Below, one piece after another: positions 39,113 to 51,900 of a stretch of 64,000 nucleotides of DNA. The DNA comes from Marsupella aquatica (lineage: Eukaryota > Plantae > Marchantiophyta). Within the stretch, counting starts at the first letter, position 1, and each line of letters opens with the position of its first letter. Position numbers and translations under genes: made by a program. Location of the stretch: positions 12,274,771 to 12,338,770 of the forward strand of contig OZ316891.1 of the NCBI GenBank assembly GCA_973895155.1. Reading direction: 5' to 3'. The notes under the pieces are model-generated. The model ran no database searches, was not told where the DNA came from, and saw nothing but the letters and a program-made list of their open reading frames with translations.

Positions 39113-42100
39113 TATTCAGAGACAAGAAGATGAAAGTAGAACATTCGCCAACAACTGGAGGTTCCCTCCAACTTCCATTACCTTATAGAGTCCCTAAGGA
39201 CTCGATCTATTACATGCGGTTAGGTTGTTAGTAACAACCTAAGCTTCGGTTAGTTAGGACTAACTAACCCTACTACCATGACTTGGGTTAGTGTTAACTC
39301 CATATTACAACACTCCCCCTTGGTTACTTGAATAGCATAATAAAGTAACCATCTTAAGGAGTAATACTAACCCTAGGTGGATTATTTTGGTACCCATAAG
39401 GAGAGTGTGGTCTCATTAAACCCCCCCCCCCCCCGCTTTCTTCTGGGGGAAAGAGTACCACCACTTTGTACATTGCATGGGTCCGTATTGAAATGCAGAT
39501 GCAGAGTAGAAAAGAAAACTAAGAGTATTGCGCTGCAGCATTCCTAATAAGGTATGTGACCTAAAACTGGCTTATGTTACGTCTTTTTACGAAGGGAAGG
39601 AGTTTAGCATGGAGATGACGGGTCGCTGCGTCTCCATGTGTAATGCTTCGTTATTTTCGTATAGACGGTGAAGGTAAATGGCTGCTGTGTCTTCTATAAT
39701 CGTGCAGAAGATGGAGGCGGATCGCAATGGTCATGTCTGCTCTGTGTGCAGTGTGGATAGGCTTCTCATGCCAATGCCGTATGAATGTTCCTTATGCAAA
39801 ATTGGTGGTAATGGCTTTGTGAATAAGTCTGCTCGGTTGTCTCGGCTGGGTATCCATTCGACCTGAATTTGATCACCGTGCTGTTCATGTGTATAAAAGA
39901 ATTTCGGTGAGATGTGTTTAATTCTGTCACCTTTTATGAAGCCATGAGCAATTTGATCCACACAGGGGCGGTTGTCTTCGTAAATAGTAGTGGGCTTTTG
40001 AAATTGTTGGCGACCAGTGTGCTTGTGGATGTGATGGAGCATGCTGTGTAACCATACACATTCTCTGCAGGCTTCATACAGAGCTATGATTTCCGCATGA
40101 TTAGAGGATGTTGTGGTTAGTGTTTGCTTGGAGCTTCGCCATGAAATTGCAGTGCCACCTTGAAGAAAAACGTACCCTGTTTGTGATTTGGCATCTCCAG
40201 GGTCAGAGAGGTAGCCGGCATCTGCAAATCCAATCAATTTGTCTTCAGCATCTTTCGGAAAAAATAGACCAACGTCGACTGTGCCCTTCAGGTATCGAAA
40301 AATCCTTTTCAGCCCATTCCAATGGCGGATGGTTGGCTGAGAACTATGTCTGGCCAATAAGTTGACAGCAAAAGAGATGTCGGGACGAGTCTGATTAGCC
40401 AAATACATAAGGGCGCCAATGGCATTGGTGTGTTGACAGGGTGAGCTGCTTGCATATTGAACTGTCGTAAAATCTTCTCTGTGTAGGTAGATTGACTAAT
40501 CAGAATACCATTGTGCAGGTAGTCGAACTGAATGCCGAGGCAGAAGTTAGGTGGACCAAGGTCCCTCATTTCGAATGTGCCCTTCAGAATACTGAGTGTA
40601 TGGGCTGTGAGTTGTGGTGTCCCGAATATATTCAGGTCATCTACATAGATAGCTATTATGACAAATTCCTCTGCCTGAGATTTTAGAAATAGACAGGGTG
40701 CTAGCTCATCATTTATAAATCCCAAAGCTAACATTTCAGCTTGGAATCGTTTATACCACATCCGGCCACTTTGCTTTAGGCCGTACATTGAACGCAAGAT
40801 TTGTACGGCATATTCCATTTGAGGTCTCTTGCTACGTGCAATAGGCACTTGTTGTGTAGTATGTGGTGGGTATAGCCCACCAGAGCAGACAGTAGGTCCT
40901 GAATTTGTAATTTGCGCAATTAAGGGCTCAGTAGGAGCCATCTGGATCATACCAGATCGTAGTGATTGGACTGATATGCCTGACTTCTCCCCCTGAATGT
41001 GGAAAGATAATCTATTAAGAAGCTCTGGAGGAGCTTTCATGTAAATTTTGGTATCTAGCATGCCATACAGGTAGGCTGTTATTACATCCAGGATGTGCAT
41101 GACTAGCTTGTGTAGTAAAGCAAACGCTATCATGTAGCGGTATGTAATGGAGTCCATCACTAGGGAATGTGTCAGGTCATAGTCTTGACCTGGGATTTGG
41201 GTGTAGCCCTTCGCCACTGGCCTTATATCTAACTACTTCGCCCTTGGCATTTCTCTTTCGGATGAAGATGAATCTGTAGCCGGTCAGATGGCTGTGGGTG
41301 GGAGCTGGAGTGATTGGTCCAAAAACCTGGCGTTTGATCAAAGAGTCAAGTTCAGAGTTAATAGCCGCTTCCCATTGGGGCCAGTCTGGACGAGATTGAC
41401 ATTCTGTTACTGTCAATGGATCTGGAGTATCATTGGTTATCTCTTCTGATATCAGATATGCAAATGCATAATCTATGGTAGTGGTTTCTCGTTTCCAGAC
41501 TTTGCCTGAATGCATATATTGGATGGCTATTTCGTCATTGTCGTTAACTAAAGTTGGTTGGGGTCCAGGGGATGCAGGTGTGGGTCTTAGGGCTATAGGT
41601 ACAACAGCTGTGGTCTGGCGTTGCCTGGGTTGGCTATCTTTCGAGCCTAGTGGTCTGCCCCTTTTTGCCTTAGGGGGGGCTTCGGTAGCTAGTCGAGTGG
41701 GTTGGATTCGTGCTGGTGCATTGGCAGCTGGTATTAAGGACCGAGTGACATTTGCTGCATCATTAAAGGCGTCTGGGAGTTTCTCTAACATTTGTTGAAG
41801 GTGGAGGATTTTCTGTACTTCTGCTTCGGTTTGGACTGTCCGTGGGTCATGCTGGAAAGGGGGTTTTAACTGCCATTGTAATTCCGGAGTATGGACAAGG
41901 GGACTTGATGTCTGGTTCTCCATTAATTTGGGGAAATCGTCTTCAATAAAATCACAATCAAGGAACCGTGCCTTGAATAGATCTGCTGTAGATGGTTCTA
42001 AGTATCGAATAATCGATGGTGAGTTGAATCCTACATATATCCCCTGTTGTCTCTGTGGGCCCATCTTGGTGCGTTTGGGTCCCAAAATGGGGACCAGTAC

Positions 42101-44894
42101 CAAGCAGCCGAAGATGCAAAGGTGAGAGACATCAGGTGGGATCCCGAACAATAAATGGTGTGGGGTGTACTTGTTATAGGCAGATGGTTTGTATCTGATG
42201 AGGGAGGAGGCTTGTATGATGGCATGACCCCATGCTGATATAGGTAAATTGGTCTATAGCAGTAAAGGTCTGGCTATCATCTACAGTCGCTTGATTAAGG
42301 ACTCAGCTATTCCATTCTGGCAGTGTACATGGGGGACAGGATACTGAACATCGACCCCTGCAGTTTCGCAGTATGTGTCGAATGTCCGGGATGTGAATTC
42401 ACCGGCATTATCGACTCGCAGGGTGCGGATTGGATGATCTGGAAATTGTGATCTTAGTTTCAGTATGTTGGACAATATCCGAGAAAATACAAGGTTTCTG
42501 GTTGATAGCAAGGAGACTTGGGACCATTTGGAGGAAGCATCAATGAGTACTAGGAAGTATCGGAAGGGGCCTGATGGGGGGTCTATAGGGCCGCACACAT
42601 CGGCATGTAGGCGTTCAAGGAATCGGGGTATAGAATATATATGGTTTTGTCAATGGAGGGGCGGATGACAAGTTTACCCTGGGAACATGCTGTGCAGATT
42701 TGTTTACTTTGGGACGGGTGTACGCCAAGTGGGATGCCAACTGTGTCCTGAATGATTCTGTGGTACATGGTGGTGCCCGGATGACCAAGGCGGAGATGCC
42801 ATTGGTCTGTGAGTGTTCTGGTTGCCTTTTCTGTGTGATATGAATATATGTGAGGGATATAGAGGCCAGGAGGATGGTTTAACAGGGTCTCTTTGATTAT
42901 GAGTCCTATATTAGTTTCGACCAAAATGTGCAGTACCTCCTGTCGATCTTGTTTGCTGGTATGGATGTGTAGGTTGTTGTCCCATATATCACGAAAACTT
43001 ATCAAGTTGCGGGTGGCTGTAGGGGCGTATATGGCTGATCGAATGCGGATGGTTGTTCCTCCAGGAAATCGGACTATGGCTGGGCCATTGCCCTCTTCAA
43101 TGTGATTCTGTCCAGTGATGGTTGTGACAGGGCGATTGGATCGAATGATCTTGGTGAAGTATTTCTTGTGGCGTAGTATTGAGTGGGATGTTCCGCTGTC
43201 CACAATACAATATGTGGGAGCAGGATCGGCAGGGAGGTCGCTTTGTAAACTAACAGTATGAACCTCAGGTAAAGGTGAAGAGACTACGTACTGGTCAATT
43301 TCATTGGGTGCCTCTAGGAAATTGCCGTGACGTCCGGGGCCTAGTTGATGCAAATTATCTTGATATAGCTTCACTAAGTGGGCAGGGGCACGACAATCTT
43401 TTTGTGTGTGACCTTTAGTTCCACATCTAAAACAGGTGGGAGTGTCAGACTTATCTTTGTTGTAGGTGAGGTAGCCTCGACCTCTGCCGCGGCCGAAGCT
43501 GCGGCCTTGTCCTCTGTTGCCTATCCGGTTCCAGGTTCGCCTCGGTGATGTTTGCCAGTCGTTGCTCCTGCCCATGTCCCGGTCAAAGCGGCCTCGTCCT
43601 CTTCCTGTCGAACGTCCTCTGCCGCCATAGAAACTTCTGCCTCTGCCTCTAGTGCTGCCTTCTCCTCTGTTGAAGTGGGTCTCGGTCTTGGTTGGTGGTG
43701 CAGCACTGCCGGGTGGTCGAGTTTTGGCATTTTCAAGGAGCAAGATCTGGTGCTTTTCTGCTAATAGCATGTAAGCGATTAGTTCAGAATATCTGGTAAA
43801 GTTCATGTTACGGTATTGTGCCGAGAGTACCAGGTTTGTAGCATGAAATGTCGATAGCGTCTTCTCGATTTGTTCTTCGTCTGTTACAGGGTGATCGCAT
43901 ACTGCTAGCTGTGAGGTGATACGAAATAACTCGCTGTTGTAGTTGGCAATTGTAGCATGGTCTTGAACTCGTAAATTGATCCAATCGTGGCGTGCTGCAG
44001 GGAGTGATATAGTTTTCATGTGATCAAAGCGAGATTGTAGGTCCTCCCAGAGTAAACGTGGGTTATATTGATTCAAGTACTGTCGCTTCAATGGGGCTGC
44101 CAAGTGATGACGAATGAGGATGAGGGCCTTCGCCTTCTCTTGAAGAGTGCATCCAGCGTCTGTGGTGATCGTATCTTGGAGAGATTTGGAGCTGAGATTG
44201 CTTCAATATCCAGGGACCACGATAAGTAGTTGGCCCCATCGATTGACAGTGCCTCAAATAAAAGTTTCTCTATGGTGGTCATTGTGTCTATCTGGGGTAG
44301 TCTATGAATGTGAACTGTTGGAAATCAATGTCGAATGTTCAGAATGCTATAACTGTCGGATTTAGATGCCTTGAATATTTTCGTGTGGATTTCGTGGATG
44401 GATGACTGTGGCGCTCTTCCTTCGTAAAAGAGAATGTGGGCAATTTGATGGAATGCGAAGTCTCGCTGCAGGAATGATCGCTGATCTCTGGTGGGGGTCA
44501 ATTAATCTCAAGTGTTGGGTGACGCTTCACAGAGTTCGGAAGAAAATCACAAAGATGAGTCGTGGATACAATCGCTTTTTGGGTAGTGCGCAGTATGGCA
44601 TTGATGGCTTGTGATTCGTGGACAGTCAGTTCATGCGCCAGTGTATGAGAAAAAAAATTTCTATGCTCAGCTTTGGCAGCTCGTGCTGATAACGTATTCA
44701 GAGACAAGAAGATGAAAGTAGAACATACGCCAACAACTGGAGGTTCCCTCCAACTTCCATTACCTTATAGAGTCCCTAAGGACTCGATCTATTACATGCG
44801 GTTAGGTTGTTAGTTACAACCTAAGCTTTGGTTAGTTAGGACTAACTAACCCTACTACCATGACTTGGGTTAGTGTTAACTCCATATTACAACA
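39113..44894 (-). mobile_element. Full-length Ty1/Copia LTR retrotransposon, Bianca-like, frameshifted
   Basis: 200-bp LTRs at 39113-39312 and 44695-44894 with 3 mismatches. TG...TA ends on the minus strand, TSD GTTTG (39108-39112, 44895-44899), PBS CGTTATCAGCACGA (44694-44681), PPT AGGGGGAG (39320-39313). Confidence 0.95.
39731..44282 (-). pseudogene. gag-PR-IN-RT-RNaseH polyprotein of the Bianca-like element, broken into at least 6 ORFs
   Basis: NYLSWSLD, CFRCGTKGHTQKDC zinc knuckle, CIVDSGTSH protease, WHLRLGHPG, RVDNAGEF integrase, YGLKQSG/YVDD RT, FADAGY/YEDN/ADLFTK RNase H. Confidence 0.93.
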
Positions 44895-47800
44895 GTTTGG
44901 ACCTTTTTTAACAAATTTGTCCTTTTTTTTGCTTTATACACAGTTTGCAGATCCTTCCCTAAAACTCACAGTGGTAGGGAAGAGTCCATCCACATCCAGA
45001 GTAAGGCCATTTGATTCAGCACCGGTGATTGCTTTTCACTGATTTGAAACTCAAGCAATTCCCATCTGAAGCAATGTGCACCAGTGAAGCAGTGTGGCCA
45101 ACATACGACTTGCTGAATTGCTTGTACAAATACCGAGTCAACTTTGTCGAGCAATTGAACACCTTGTGTGGTTGGGGAGATTTCCAGCAATTGCAAAACT
45201 TGGGAAGCAATTGAATGATTTCTTAGACCCCAACAGTCTGCCCAAAAAGTGGCACAGTACACTATTGTGAGTAAATCTTGTGATGCAAAGATGTAAGTTA
45301 CTACAATTTACCACCAGAGCTATTTGCAATCCAATAAATTTTGACATTGCTATAAGGCCAATGCACCTTTTGGTCTTTTGCCTTACTAAGATTTTTTGTT
45401 ATATATTTTTATTTCAATGTGCCATCACAAGGTGCATCCCTTGTATGATTTAGATTTAAATTATTTTAGCACCCCTCTAAGTGTTTTTTAATCTTTCCCA
45501 CTACATTTAGTTATCAATACACTTCGAATTTTATGGAAATTCTTTCAATTCTAGTGAATGAGAAAGAGAATTGAAACTTTGGTATGTGTACACCTCCTGC
45601 TCTAAGTCCTCCTCATACGATTATTTGTTAAGCTTATGTTTTTGTTGTCATTACCTAAGGCAAGGGAGGATCTTCTGTAAATTATGCTTATCAGTTTTGA
45701 CTGATTTGAGTGTCATTAGGGCAAGTTAGAAAATGTACCTTATGTGCAATACTTTTCAATATTTATGCACTTATAATTATACTCGTTATTATGTGAATTG
45801 TAACTTTTTTAGCATGTGCTGTACTTATAACACTCATTCCTATCAAATATTATCCAATAGTCCTTTACAGGCCAAAATAAATGAAGTATATTCCAAGATG
45901 AAAATGCTATTATGCAAAGTCTTGAGGTTTCTTTCGTTTGACTACATACTAAAAGTGTACGGATAATGTCTCTCTACCCTCAATTAACTTGACTCTAAGC
46001 TTATAAAGATATAACCACATATTCATGCTTGCATGGACCGCAACAATTGACCTCATGACTACTGACGAAATCCTTTTTGAAGTACAAAGGTGAATATTTA
46101 TGCAAAGGAAAGATTTAAGTAACTTTTCACACTGATCCATGCCCGTTGGAGCTGTCAATAGCTACTTTCTATAGACTGTGATCTATAGAAACCTCAATTT
46201 CTGTGCAACCACAATAAAAATAATGCTAAGAAAAGTATCCTAATGCTCCACGACTCAAAACATTGATAAGAAAGTTTAACACAATCCCAGAAAAGTTCAT
46301 TAAAAATATATATAGAAATGGCGACTTTACATTCCAATTTATTACCTCTGTTACAGAAACTGGGCTTCCTTGCCACACTTAGCGTAAACCAATCCTTCAC
46401 TCTGCTTGTGCTTTGGACTTTTGTGTTCATAAAAGGTTTCCCTCAATCACCCCTTCTGTTCCTTCCCCAAGCAGAAATAAATATGGAAAAAAATGTGGAA
46501 TTTGTATAAGCAATGAAGCCAGGATGGACCGCCAGCTTTGTCAAAATGGTCACATGGATTCACTAACTCAGATGGACCCCATTTTACTCACAATGGCACC
46601 ACAATATCCTTAAAAAGTACATCTCAATTTCCTGGTTTCGATCAAAGGGTCAATAGGTGGATCAAAATGAGTTTAGTTCTCCTAATAAGGAAAGTATTGT
46701 GTTCAAGATAAAAATTTAACAAAAAAAATTCAAAAATCGAGCTAGCAATTATATATATACGCATTGTATACCAGATGTACATGTACGGAAATTAGATTTT
46801 CTGACTACGTATCCGGGGTACAGTATTTCTTTTGCTTTATCTGTACCGTAACCTCTGACTGCCAGGCTGCCGGTACTTTTTACCTTACATGTAAGTGTCA
46901 GAAGAGACACGTACATGTACAGAATACCGTACGTATACTGAGTGGGCTGACCGGCCGGCTGGGCGCCATTTTGCTGCATGGTAAAAGCGGCGAAGAACAT
47001 GAGGACAGCGTCATAAAGGACCTGCCAATCTGCCATGGTGTCACTGGATCCCTTGCGACCTCTATAGTAGGCTGTCCTCTTGACCTTGGGCAAAGGGCAC
47101 TAACGACAGTCATTGGACTCATGGACTGACTTTCCGCTTTCGTGTGAGAGACTCAGTTACTCTTCTTCAGCGTATTTTTTAAGGATTTTACTTTTTCGTC
47201 AGAGTGGTGAATGCACAGTGTGTGAAGGAGAAGATGCTTACAAGATTCCCCATTCAATTATTTTCCTGACCATCAGATCTCCCCATCAGATCTCCCTAGA
47301 TTTAAGGCTGACCGTTAGATTCTGGCTAAAGGGGCCTGGGATTAGGTGAACACTGGCTCATGAGATAGCAAATTAGTAGCCAATTTTCGCCAAAAGTGGT
47401 TAAAGATTTTAGGGGAGGTGGAATTTGGTGAATTTTGGCCACAAGAAACAACATTGCTCTTCTTGCCCATGGAGTTTCACCATTCAATGTTTTCCGCTGT
47501 GTTGCCCATAGCGCACAAAAGGGCAAAGGGCACACTAACAACAGTAGTGCTGGTGACTGTGTGTAACAACCCACAGATGGTCCCCTTGGGTTGTGACATG
47601 CATGTGTAGTGTGTTAGGACAGAAATGAAAAGGTCTCACTTGGCAAGATGCCTAGAAATGATGCTACAATGTAAAAGAGTATAAACTCCAGTTCAATTGC
47701 ATGTGTGGAGGGGCTGTTTTTTGGGAAGTTAGGGTGTTTGGAAAACCTCATGAAAAAATGAGCTGGGCAGTTGCATGGTGCGGAGTCGTGGAGCATTGAA

Positions 47801-48996
47801 ATTTCCTGGGAAGCTCATTTATTGTTGCTCATTTGGTCATGCCATTCAATGCTGCCCGTTCTCTCAGACTCAAAAGTGAAGATATGAGGGTGTATATAGT
47901 CACATTCTAAATTGAAAACCATGTGCAAATCCATGTAAGTGCAGAGTTTTCTCAATATAAGTCATTCGCTTCATGAGTCAACTGGCTTGCGTACAAACAC
48001 CCAACTCAAGTGGAAAGGTTGACACTTAAAATTTTGGAGCTCACTCTCTTAGCAGCTCAATGAGCAGGGTAACATGTGGGAATGAGACCTTAGGAGTTGT
48101 AATAAATGAGTTTCCCATGAACAGTGTACCTGAACACCTACAGTAGGTTGGTAGATTCACAAAGATGAGGGGCAACAGGTCCTCACCAACTAGACATTTT
48201 CTTTCCTCATTATGGGAAAGGTGTGTGAGTGGTAACTTCTATCCTTCTCCAGGAAATAGTGTTTGACATAAAACATTATGATGCATGCATGTGAACCATT
48301 TTTTCCTCTAGATCTAAAGAGAATTGTTAGATCTTGCAACTACCCCTAAGGATGGTTTTACAAGACATTGGGGGCACATTGCCTGTGTTTTCTGCTTGGA
48401 GATTAGAGACAAAAGTACAAGTGGCAATGGCTGCAGTGGGCCCAAAGAAATGCTGATGTGGAGTGTTTCTTTTGTCTAGATTGTTAGATCACCTCCCTAG
48501 GTGGTCCAAACATTTTCAAACTTTGGCTCTTTCATTCAAGTGATTTGCATTTATTGCACTTCATTTCAAAAGATGTTTGATCTATCTTTATAACAAGAAG
48601 TGCACCCCCCCATCTTGTAAAGCCACCCAAACCCTCCTGTAGAAAAGGGTTCAGGACCCCAATCCTATTCCCCTCCCATATAAGTTCCAAACATAGAAAG
48701 TGTTCTTCAAATGAGCTCCAAACCTTGGAGCAAAAAAGGATTCCAAGATTTTACATCTCACTCAATGTGAAGGCTAAGTTTTAATTTGACTTGATGGGGT
48801 CAAAGAAGCCTATTTCAGTCTTGTTTAGTGAATTATGGAAGAATTTAAAGACCCCATCAAGTGAATTTAAATGTTATCCCCCTCATCAAGCAACGTGTTT
48901 CAGATTACACCTCCATCAAAATCATCAAAGAGAACTGCCTCTCCAAACATTAAGGCAAAGAACTTGTTCCCAAGAGAAAGCTCCAAAGCAGCAAAG

Positions 48997-51900
48997 TGTT
49001 GAGTATTGCTCTTAGTCTTGTGACTCTAGAGCTAATCGCAGTTAGGCTAACTCAGGTTAGGACTTAGCTTAGGTTAGCAGTGATGCATGCTGTATATAAC
49101 CAGGGCTGATGCCAGCCCTTGGTGGATCTTCAGTTCATTGTTGGAGTTGGGCAAGAGAGAGTAAAGGTCTCTTGCTTTCCCGTGGATGTAGCCTGAGTCG
49201 TGAGGGGTGAACCACATACTCGCTGTATCGACTACTTTGTATGGTGTGTACATGTGCATGGTGTCTTGGGATAAGATTATCCCCAACAAGTGGTATCAGA
49301 GCAGGTCTGGGAGGTGACATTGTGGTGACAAGAATTTCTTGTGTAGTTGACGGTTTGAAGATCCCAAAAGTTTTTTGTTGCATGCAACTTGTTGGTGGTG
49401 GGCTCATCAGATAGATCGTTGAGAGGGATTTCTAACGGCGGTTAGAAATCATTGATCGGATTTTTGAGTGAGGAGTAATCGCAGAAAAAGTTTGTTTGTG
49501 GAGTTTCATGTTTGACGGTTTTTGTGAGAGGGACCAGAGTTCATTTTTGCAATGGTGTGAGTTATGCGGTGCGCAAGGCATTGCTTGTTATAGCTCAAGT
49601 TGTAGGTTGAGGCAAGCTGGTCGTATTGGTACATGGTTTGCTGGCATTTGCGTTACGAGTGCAACGTGACGAGTAGGTGTTGAGTTCTGGTTTTTTGACA
49701 AGCTATGGTGCTTGTTTTTCCTTGAACCGGGTTACTCGTCGTGAGGGTCGACTTGAAGAAGCAAACACAAAGTGCTAGGGCTCAACAGAGAGATCGCGAT
49801 GAAGCGGTCATTTTCAGTCTGGGATTGGCACTTGACGTGGAGAGAGTGTGACATGACGGAAGGATTTTACTCAGCTGAGCTTGCAGACTGTGCCGGTGTA
49901 ATTTGACAACATTTCCCGTCGGCGGTCGTCTCTTTTCCTCATGTCTCTTTTCCTCATGTAATCAACAGCTGTTACTATGAGTAATCGGGTTTTTGTCACT
50001 TAAGGGTTATTTTTTGTGTTTTAAGGGGGGACTTAGGGGCCTTGTGTGTGTATACACACACCCGACCCCGCTCTTCCCCTCCTTATACCTGGCGACCCCC
50101 TTCCAACTGCCGTGTACAGCCGTGACCGCGGCCAAGGCGCAATGCGCAGCGTCAGCCGCCACCCTTTGCGCCGTCTCCCATCCTCCCTCCCTCTTTGCCT
50201 CCCGCCGGTTGCTTCCTTGCACCCCGCCCATGAGCCCTTGTTTTCCCCCGGCCGGCCCCTCCCAGGACCCTACAATCGCGAATACGCAACTGTGTAAGCA
50301 GCCATGATCCGGCTGCCACTCTGCCTGGGCGACTCCCTCAGCCCGACCATTTTACTCTACATGTGGCTGTGTACAGTCGCTTGGATTTATGCCCTCGGCC
50401 CCGTACCCGCGTCCCTATATGTTGTGTATACCCCTGGCCCAACACGCATCATGCATACGCTTGTGCGCGTTTTAGGGTGTATTTTTGTTAAGGGGCCTTA
50501 AAACCCCAATTTTTTGTTTTTTCCTCTCGGCTCTCCTAATTGGTTGCCCCGGGCCCGGTGACCCTCCGTTTTAACCGCTCCAACAAGGGAACGACCCCCT
50601 ATGAGCCCTGTTGTATTGTGCAAGGAATATTCTGAAAAAATAGAGAGCATGTTTTTGGCCGGTAGTCAAAGATTCCAAGGTCCGAATGGTAACTTTTTTG
50701 GATTTTTTTTTGGCGAGGTCATAGACACTTAAGTTAGCAACACGACGCACCAACCAAATCATGATTCCAACAACAGGTGGTACTTGGCATTTTGGTTATT
50801 CCCTAAGGTGGTCAAAATGGGGGAGTTTCCCAAGGTTTTACCCACCCCGATCAAAATTTGAATAACTTTTTTGTTGGATTTTGGTTTTGATTTTTCTTTT
50901 TAGTGTTGGACCCCTAGCTTCATGGGCTACACGGCGGTGTTGAGATTTGAGTTTTTTGAGAAGTTGCAAAAAATGATATTTTTTCATGATTTTCTCACAT
51001 GAGTGACTGGGAGGAGATTGAGAGAATCAATGTTGGTGAAGCTTCAGATTTGCGTTGGTAAAACATAGTATTTGAGGAAGAGCTTGTACCATTTGAGGAG
51101 GAAGGAGTGTCACCGGTACGATCATCGGTGTAGCGAGTAGAGGTTGAGGCTCAAATAGGGGATTGAACAAGATTTAGGATCACTTGGATAAATTTGACAT
51201 CCTAGCTGTTGACTTGTCTAATCTTGGTAAAGGCATTGAAGAAGAGGACAAGGCCTTGCTTCTTTTCAGCTCTTTACCCCCATCTTATCAGGGTTTGAAG
51301 CAGGTTTTCTTGTATCTACCTGAAGTTTATTTCATATAATGAGGTGGTAAGCTCGTTGCTGTCAGATGATGCACAAAAGAAATTGGGTCAAGCCTAAACA
51401 CCATCTTCATCCGATACTATGTTGAATGTGAACCGTGGGAGGTCTACGCAATGGACGAATGGAGAAAATAGGTTTAGATCTAAGTCAAGGGAGATATCTA
51501 AATCTAGAGGGACATCACAAGAGAAGAAGTCTCTCGCATGTTGGAGATGTGGCAAGCCTAGCACATAAAGAGGGATTATTGGGTAAAGGAGTTTACCGCA
51601 TCAGCTAATGCGACATCAAGCGCACATAAGGTAGATTTACTCGATGATGACATTTTATGATGCCGAGGTTTTTCTCTCAACATAGTGTCACATCCAGGTG
51701 ATGATGACTGAATACTAGATTTAGTGCATGTACCTTTCACATTTGCTATAGGAGAGATTTTTTTTGTTCTTACATGGTTTCCAACAATTCAGTGTTGATG
51801 GGAAATGAAATCTCATGTCAATTGGTTGGACTTGGATCTGTGAGATTTCAGATGTTTGATGGTGTTGTGAGAACATTGAGGAATGTGAGACATATTCCCA

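Noticed and set aside
46749-47129. Overlapping 114-121 aa ORFs in a CpG/GTAC-rich patch
   Set aside because: No domain, and no TIR or TSD could be demonstrated.
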